DNA of 63,992 nucleotides, filler included, from an uncultured bacterium (GTDB lineage: Bacteria > Auribacterota > CAZIXI01): assembly GCA_964543115.1 (NCBI GenBank). It is 6 parts of 6 records of this genome, joined end to end, with 100 filler letters (N's around TTAATTAATTAA, not from the genome) between each part and the next. Parts side by side here need not be neighbours in the genome. Positions count along the whole stretch, not along the records: positions 53,677 to 63,992 come from CAZIXI010000117.1; 5 more parts are not named here. One strand, given 5' to 3'. Numbering within the stretch: position 1 is the stretch's first letter; each line of letters begins with the position of its first letter. The notes below the pieces were generated by a model. It did not search any database. It was not told where the DNA came from and was given only the letters and a program-made list of their open reading frames with translations. The position numbers and the translations under genes were made by a program. Below are positions 58,392 through 63,992 of the stretch, one piece after another.

Positions 58392-59975
58392 ATGACCACA
58401 AAAGCCAATTCACACTTATTATTAATAATTTTTTACCTGGCATTTTCATTACTGCCTGTCTCTAGTTATTCTAATAGCCGTCGAAACGGCAATAGTTCTT
58501 GTCTTGCCCCAAAATCTCCGCTTACAGCAGGCCTCAAAGCAGAGCAACAACTAACGAGCAGAGAGACAAGCTGGCAGGGGCAGTCTATAATATTCCCCTA
58601 TAGCAGTCCCGAGCACAGCGAGGGAATGCCGGCAGAGAAGCTGTTAGCTGCCTTGGGGCTGGAAGATCCGGAGAGGGCAGTGGAGGTTGAAATAACCAGC
58701 CGGAGAGAGGAATTTGGGCTGACAATTAAGACAGTCAGAGTTCCCGAACGGAATGATTTTGCTAAATGCCCCCAAGGCCTGACCATCCTACAAAATGAAC
58801 TGGTGGACGCGGAAATGCTTAATCTGAGGAATTTTGAGCTTCTCTACAATGCTCAGGGGCGTCTGATTGCCGTTTTTCCGCTTATTCCTCCAGAAATACA
58901 CAGCAGAGACAAAATCATTGATCTGGATCCTAAATATTTTGACTTTAGCCCTTACTATTTTCAGCTGCCGCAAATCGGCGATGCGCAAGAAAGAAAGACC
59001 TGGCTTTCTTTTAGGAGGCAATTGATTCGTCATGATCTGCCGGCAATCCAGGCCTACAAGGAGGCGATTTTTGCTGAAAATGAGGATCTGGTAGTGTCAG
59101 TATGCGGAGAACAGGCTCCCTATGTTTATTTGGAGATACACCGCTTAACGGGAGAATATCGGGTTAAAGAAATAGATCTAGACAGTAATGATCCATTGCC
59201 CGGGACCTCTTCTTTTCAGAAAGACTCTAGCAAGCATCAACTAATTATTCCAATATTTCCTACCGTATATTCACCGGCTAGCGATCATTATGATCAGGAC
59301 AGGGATTATGTGGAGTTATTATGGAATGATTTGAACTGGAAGATGGGTAAACGAACAGTTGTGTTTGGCCCGGGAGCAGGAACAGATACCTGGCTGGCGC
59401 ATCTGAAAACTGGCGGGGAAATTCTAATTGGTGAAATCAAAACGGAATATGATGAGGGAATAAGCCCCCTAGAGATGGCCAATTTGCAGGCAACCGCGGT
59501 AATCGCCGGAATCCCAATAAGAAAATATATGGGGGGAAAAGTAGAAATTGCCCTTTGGAACATGCCAGCCTATGCCTCAACTCCGCGTGATCCTGCGCTT
59601 TTCAAGTACTACTCCCGCTTTAGAGAGCTCTGGGATGCTGATTATGGCGGCCTTATTTTGCGGGGTTTTTCCGGCTGGTTGGAGAAAAATCTAGCGGTAC
59701 ATGGACAGGCACTGACCTGGAATACTATCCCTGATGATGATTATCATCTAAAGACTCCTGAAGGGGTAATAATTGATGATGTAGAGGAAATATTACAATC
59801 TGCCGGGCGCTATCAAAGAACTCCCGAAACCAGGGCAAATATATTTAGGGTACTGGTAAAAGAAAATTCCGTTGATGCCCTATATGGCAACTCTTATTTG
59901 GTTTCTTGGCTGAGAGAAGCCATTACAGAGCGGGCAGGGGAGGGTAAAGATAGAGTATTATCAACAGCCATCTAA
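58392..59975 (+). CDS. Signal-peptide protein (CLAPKS motif) with a class I SAM methyltransferase-like domain; ends STAI
   Basis: Motif I-like VFGPGAGTD; NPPY-like WNMPAY; DYGG. Confidence 0.72.
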   Translation: MTTKANSHLLLIIFYLAFSLLPVSSYSNSRRNGNSSCLAPKSPLTAGLKAEQQLTSRETSWQGQSIIFPYSSPEHSEGMPAEKLLAALGLEDPERAVEVEITSRREEFGLTIKTVRVPERNDFAKCPQGLTILQNELVDAEMLNLRNFELLYNAQGRLIAVFPLIPPEIHSRDKIIDLDPKYFDFSPYYFQLPQIGDAQERKTWLSFRRQLIRHDLPAIQAYKEAIFAENEDLVVSVCGEQAPYVYLEIHRLTGEYRVKEIDLDSNDPLPGTSSFQKDSSKHQLIIPIFPTVYSPASDHYDQDRDYVELLWNDLNWKMGKRTVVFGPGAGTDTWLAHLKTGGEILIGEIKTEYDEGISPLEMANLQATAVIAGIPIRKYMGGKVEIALWNMPAYASTPRDPALFKYYSRFRELWDADYGGLILRGFSGWLEKNLAVHGQALTWNTIPDDDYHLKTPEGVIIDDVEEILQSAGRYQRTPETRANIFRVLVKENSVDALYGNSYLVSWLREAITERAGEGKDRVLSTAI

Positions 59976-60141
59976 ATGAAACTCTCGCGCTTTTTTTCTA
60001 ATCAATAAGCGATTAAATAATGTATATTTTCATGTGATTTTTAATTGCTCATGATCTAACATTCCTTAATTTTTGACAAATAAGCAGTATTTTATTCTAC
60101 CTTTATATTAAATATTTTATGCACATTTGTTCATGTTTTAA

Positions 60142-60423
60142 CATAATGTTTGCGCCTTAATCGCTCATTTTAATAGTGATTATCGGGGTGCGGTTTTACA
60201 TGAATTATCCCGCCTGCTCTGCTGCATTTTAAAGCCATTCGGCATGGCAGTGCTGTGGAACGCTGTGCTGCCGGAAGTACGGGCCTTGTTGGAATCCGGG
60301 GGCCTGACAGACACCTTAACGCCGGCAGTTCCCCGCATGCTGAATGTCTGCATAAGCGGCCAAGCCTATAGCGTTTCCCTGATTGCCAGGGACAATCTAT
60401 CTCTCCTGGAAAGCTCAGTTTAA
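60142..60423 (+). pseudogene. Possible orphan 3' gene fragment ending LLESSV
   Basis: 93 sense codons without a good start (ATG only at 60244, giving 59 aa); higher GC than the AT-rich DNA upstream. Confidence 0.4.
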
Positions 60424-60435
60424 CCTCAAATTTCC

Positions 60436-60477
60436 TTATCCACATAAGCAGCAAGAATTATCCACCAGTTATTCACA
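60436..60477 (+). promoter_or_regulatory. Cluster of three co-oriented DnaA boxes
   Basis: TTATCCACA 60436, TTATCCACC 60458, TTATTCACA 60469. Confidence 0.6.
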
Positions 60478-60544
60478 CGTTATCAAGAGTGGGCTGCTGC
60501 GTGCTGAGCTACAATCACTTAGCGTCGAGGATCCCCTATAGCCT

Positions 60545-60572
60545 AGTTTACATAAGGTATATTATGCGACGT
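60545..60572 (-). other. dif: dif-like XerC/XerD recombination site ACGTCGCATAA-TATACC-TTATGTAAACT
   Basis: 11-6-11 architecture; right arm identical to the B. subtilis dif arm TTATGTAAACT; left arm shares CGCATAA with E. coli dif; flanking genes converge on it. Confidence 0.78.
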
Positions 60573-60772
60573 TGCAGGCAGATCGAAGAGAAAAGCTGTT
60601 TAGGTGCTTTGGTAGCTGAAACAAAGGTAAGCGCCTTCTAGAACGGCAAAGTCGCATAATATAACGCAGATTATGAGACATTGCAGACAGAACGAATAAG
60701 CGATCACTTAGCCCTACTTTAGCATTAAAAGACAGCCTAAATATATGCGATCGGCAACGTCTCATAATCTGC
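60559..60772. repeat. Two tandem homologous ~105-bp units, each bounded by long inverted repeats built on the XerC arm
   Basis: Unit 1 (60559-60662) inverted repeat 16/17 identical; unit 2 (60666-60772) 18/19; unit starts match at 23/28. Confidence 0.85.
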
Positions 60773-60842
60773 TCTATTAAAGACTACGGATAGATCAAAA
60801 AGATAATTTTAGTTAGCTTACAAAGATAGGCAACTTTCGCGT

Positions 60843-61373
60843 TTATTTTCCAGGATACAGGCTCTTTTTAAGGTTATCTGGAAGCAAGGAAATAAGGCTG
60901 CTTTTTGACTCTATCAGGCGCATGATGTCTGCCAGGTCTTTCTGGCGCTTGCTGGGCCGTCGTTTTTCATCAGAAGCCGCCCATGTCTTGCCCCTTAGCA
61001 CATCTTCAATACAAGCCACGGGTATTTTATAGCCCAAAACATCTTTTAACTCGGCCCCTTTAAAGAATTCCTGATATCTCTGATCAGTTTGAATCTGAAT
61101 GCGCAGATCAGAGGTCTTTTCTGATACATTTATACTATTGGCAAAAGTTTCTACTTTTAGCTGTGGACCGAATAAAGACAATAGAAAATCTACTTTATCA
61201 CTAATAATCACAACATCAAGATCAAGGCTGACTACAGGCTCCGCATAGGCATTAACGGCAAGGCCTCCAATAATACAAAAAGCTATCTTGTTATTATTTA
61301 GAATATCTATAAATGTTTGTAAAAAATCATCTTTGCCATTGGCGACTCGATTAAAGAATTCCTTGCCGGACAC
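60843..61373 (-). CDS. Pol-beta-superfamily nucleotidyltransferase; true start may lie in the 10-N gap
   Basis: IIGGLAVNAY...SLDLD signature; K...RRPSKRQKDLAD. Confidence 0.78.
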   Translation of the reverse strand: MSGKEFFNRVANGKDDFLQTFIDILNNNKIAFCIIGGLAVNAYAEPVVSLDLDVVIISDKVDFLLSLFGPQLKVETFANSINVSEKTSDLRIQIQTDQRYQEFFKGAELKDVLGYKIPVACIEDVLRGKTWAASDEKRRPSKRQKDLADIMRLIESKSSLISLLPDNLKKSLYPGK

Positions 61374-61521
61374 ATNNNNNNNNNNGCCTCCAATAAGCTA
61401 GTAGATTGGTTTGATAAATGATTAACTATAGTTTACAGCTAAAAAATGTCCATGTCAATTGAATCTCAGAAATCCATAAGCTAGGGTTAGATTAAATATT
61501 TTATAGGCCGCCTATCGCCTT

Positions 61522-63888
61522 CTATTCATATTCATATAACGGTGTGCCGCAGGCATCATGGCCGTCAATCCAGTTGCTGCCGGAATACACGGCCCTTTCC
61601 ACTATGATGCCCGTATCGGCAACCACCATTGTCGATATTGCATCCGCGCTGACATAATCATTAACATGGATGGTTGAACGGCTGCTGGCGCTCACCGTTA
61701 AAGTATGCTGACTGGTACTGCCGTCTGAGAGCATAAACGTAACCTCTGTTTCCGCATCAAAGGCGCCGGGATTTTGTATCAGCACCCATTCATCAAATCC
61801 CTCCGTAGTGCCTTCGGCTAAAAACCAAGCTGGGTTTGGCTCCCTTACACCGGTACTGCAATGACCGCCGGCCCAGGAAACACCATCTACATCCCAATAC
61901 ATCGCACGCTCTGCGATAATCCCCACTCCATCCGCTGACTCGATCTTAGTGGAAACCGCACCCACGTTTAAATAATCATCCACCCGCACCGTTCGCCGGC
62001 TGGTTGGATCAAGAGTAAGAGTTGCCTGGCTCGTATCACCGCCGCTCAGCATGAACGTTAAGGTAACCTGGGCGGTTGTGCTGCCGGGATTCTGCAGCAG
62101 GATATATTCATCAAAGAATTCGGTGGAGCCTTCGGCCAAGTACCAATAATCATCAGTGGCAGTAACACCCGTACTGCAATGTCCGCTTTTCCAGCCCTCT
62201 AAACCACCGCCCGCCGGCCAGTACATCGCCCGCTCAACAAAAACACCCACATCATTTGTGGATTCAACCTTTGTGGATACCGCTTCATTGGGAACATAAT
62301 TAGCAACATTAATCGTGTGCCGGCTTTCCGCGGGGATGTCGATCTCCTGCACAACAGTGCTGGCATCACTCTTCATATAGGTAACGGTAACTTCCGCGGT
62401 TGAAGTGCCGGGGTTCTGAATTAAAACAAAGGTATCAAAACCATCCGTACTGCCTTCGGCCAAATACCAGGTAGAAGCCGTTCCCGTAACTCCGGGGCTG
62501 CAGTGCGCTCCGCCAAACGCCACCCCTCCGGGACTCCAATACATCGACCGTTCGACGAAAACACCGATGCCGTTAGTAGATTCTATCTTCGCGGAAACAT
62601 CCCTGCTGTCTATGATATCATTTACAGAGACCGTGTAGCGGCTCTGGGCACCAATGGTAAAATATTGATACACAGGGTCGGGAACCGCCTCTTCATCTCC
62701 TTCCCGGCTGAGCATATAGGTTATTTTAATATCCGCGCTGCGCTTATTGGCATTCTGCAGAAGGATCCTTTCAGTAAAATTCCTGGTGCACCCTTCCGCA
62801 CAATACCAGGTAGTATGGCCAACATTGGCGCTGACATTAAGCACACCGCCGTTGAATCCCCCAACCGAAACCTCTTCCCAGGCCGCGTCATCGTTATTCG
62901 ACCAGCCCCAGTTGAGATGATAATATTCTGTTCCATCCTCGATTTTATAGCCGTCAGCCACGATAGAATGGGCAATATCCGACAAACCCACAACCGCCGG
63001 CAATCCGCCTTTAAGGTTACTCTTTAATAAATCATCCAAACGGCTATTGTTATCATAGGCGGTACTGGTTGCGGTGGTATAACCGTACCTGTTCAGCATC
63101 TCCGTGTGCATACTGCCGGAAGAGGCAAATGTATTGACGCTTGTGTAATCAGCGTTTAAAGAAATCCCGCAGGCAAACAAAAGACTGGCCGCGTCAGAGT
63201 CCGATAGATCCCCGCCGCTGTAATCAAGACCGCTGAAATTGCCGTCAGTGGCCGTAATGTTTATGCCTCGGGTAGCTGTTGTATAATCACTATCACTGGT
63301 AAAACTCGCGGAAGTTGGATACCGGCAATAATTCATCACCTGCCCCATGGCCACCGGCAGGCAGCCCACATAGCTGGTAGTGCCAGTACTAGGATCAGTG
63401 GGACACCGATCATTATAGGTCCCGCCTTGATACCAGTTTGTGGTCAGGTACCCTACCCCGGTATCGGGCCAGGAAGTTGTGGAGGTGCTTACATCAGTCG
63501 GGCGCGTGCCAACGGCCAAAGGAACGTTACTTAACAACCTTTTAATGTTCCCCCGCAAAAACGCTTCCCGTATTCGCAGATCATCTTTATTGGAAGGAAA
63601 ATTGGTCTCAAACGAATAGGAAACAACAGGATTGGGGATAGCGTTATCTACGGATACAATAATATAGCCTTTCGGGTTTAAATGGAAAATACGGGCGAGG
63701 ACAGTCTCCCTATCCTCATCCGTTAATTCCGCCACATTCGCGATACTGTACCCAGATTCCCGCTGCAACTTATTTTCCGCTATTAAACGTACCTGTTCCA
63801 GACTCATCTCGTCAGCAGAAATATTAGTCAGACAAGAAAAGATGAATGTCATTATCACTATAATATAAATAGATAATTTGTATTGCAT
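61522..63888 (-). CDS. Secreted C10 (streptopain/SpeB-like) cysteine protease with prodomain and four WYLAEG repeats
   Basis: Signal peptide; GYIIVS.D prodomain; WYQG..YN..CP, VGCLPVAMGQVM, HSIVADG, YHLNWGW. Confidence 0.92.
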   Translation of the reverse strand: MQYKLSIYIIVIMTFIFSCLTNISADEMSLEQVRLIAENKLQRESGYSIANVAELTDEDRETVLARIFHLNPKGYIIVSVDNAIPNPVVSYSFETNFPSNKDDLRIREAFLRGNIKRLLSNVPLAVGTRPTDVSTSTTSWPDTGVGYLTTNWYQGGTYNDRCPTDPSTGTTSYVGCLPVAMGQVMNYCRYPTSASFTSDSDYTTATRGINITATDGNFSGLDYSGGDLSDSDAASLLFACGISLNADYTSVNTFASSGSMHTEMLNRYGYTTATSTAYDNNSRLDDLLKSNLKGGLPAVVGLSDIAHSIVADGYKIEDGTEYYHLNWGWSNNDDAAWEEVSVGGFNGGVLNVSANVGHTTWYCAEGCTRNFTERILLQNANKRSADIKITYMLSREGDEEAVPDPVYQYFTIGAQSRYTVSVNDIIDSRDVSAKIESTNGIGVFVERSMYWSPGGVAFGGAHCSPGVTGTASTWYLAEGSTDGFDTFVLIQNPGTSTAEVTVTYMKSDASTVVQEIDIPAESRHTINVANYVPNEAVSTKVESTNDVGVFVERAMYWPAGGGLEGWKSGHCSTGVTATDDYWYLAEGSTEFFDEYILLQNPGSTTAQVTLTFMLSGGDTSQATLTLDPTSRRTVRVDDYLNVGAVSTKIESADGVGIIAERAMYWDVDGVSWAGGHCSTGVREPNPAWFLAEGTTEGFDEWVLIQNPGAFDAETEVTFMLSDGSTSQHTLTVSASSRSTIHVNDYVSADAISTMVVADTGIIVERAVYSGSNWIDGHDACGTPLYEYE

Positions 63889-63992
63889 ATAATAATATTA
63901 TAGCAAAATATTATGAATAAAACAAAATATTTTTTCGGTAAGTAGTGTCAAGCAAATTGGGCACTTTCGTATTTGGGTACTTTGACTAAAGT

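Noticed and set aside
60170..60454. 94-aa minus-strand ORF
   Set aside because: R/C/P-rich shadow composition; the plus-strand frame 60142-60423 looks more protein-like.
60559..60772. Integron attC array
   Set aside because: The inverted repeats bound the ~105-bp units, with only a few bp between units. Canonical RYYYAAC/GTTRRRY ends and cassette ORFs are absent, and the dif architecture explains the arms better. Not fully excluded.
1..63992. rRNA, tRNA, cas genes, intact transposases or integrases, phage structural genes
   Set aside because: No recognisable signatures found by eye. A tRNAscan/Infernal run would be needed to exclude divergent RNAs.

Overview
This window is not one locus. 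It is six unrelated contig pieces of about 10.3-10.9 kb joined by an artificial N44-TTAATTAATTAA-N44 spacer (10935, 21713, 32401, 43071, 53577), so synteny holds only inside each piece. Gene content (giant proteins, aroQ-pepP-efp-accBC, PilT) suggests a PVC-group bacterium, probably Omnitrophota-like; this is inference. Piece A: housekeeping and cell-envelope genes. Piece B: one uninterrupted reading frame of at least 3559 codons encoding an all-helical giant protein. Pieces C and D: tandem arrays of large orphan proteins. Piece E: surface-glycan genes, rlmN, a putative toxin-antitoxin pair and a Fic gene. Piece F: pilT, two secreted proteases sharing a WYLAEG repeat module, and a dif-like site. 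The strongest candidate for an undescribed system is a family of at least 8 proteins in pieces C, D and F. They carry a Sec-type signal peptide followed by an L-[AQS]-[PA] motif (6/6 intact N-termini) and end in [AS]-[VIL]-COOH (6/6 intact C-termini, versus 1/28 other genes here). Their cargo domains normally work in the cytoplasm: GlpX FBPase, hydrolase-dead RelA synthetase, Fis-type HTHs, P-loop kinases, a sugar nucleotidyltransferase, a methyltransferase and radical SAM/GGDEF/GT4. This pattern fits an exported effector repertoire with a bipartite targeting signal. A second candidate is a dif site flanked by DnaA boxes and two tandem ~105-bp XerC-arm hairpin units. All domain calls come from motif recognition by eye, not database searches.
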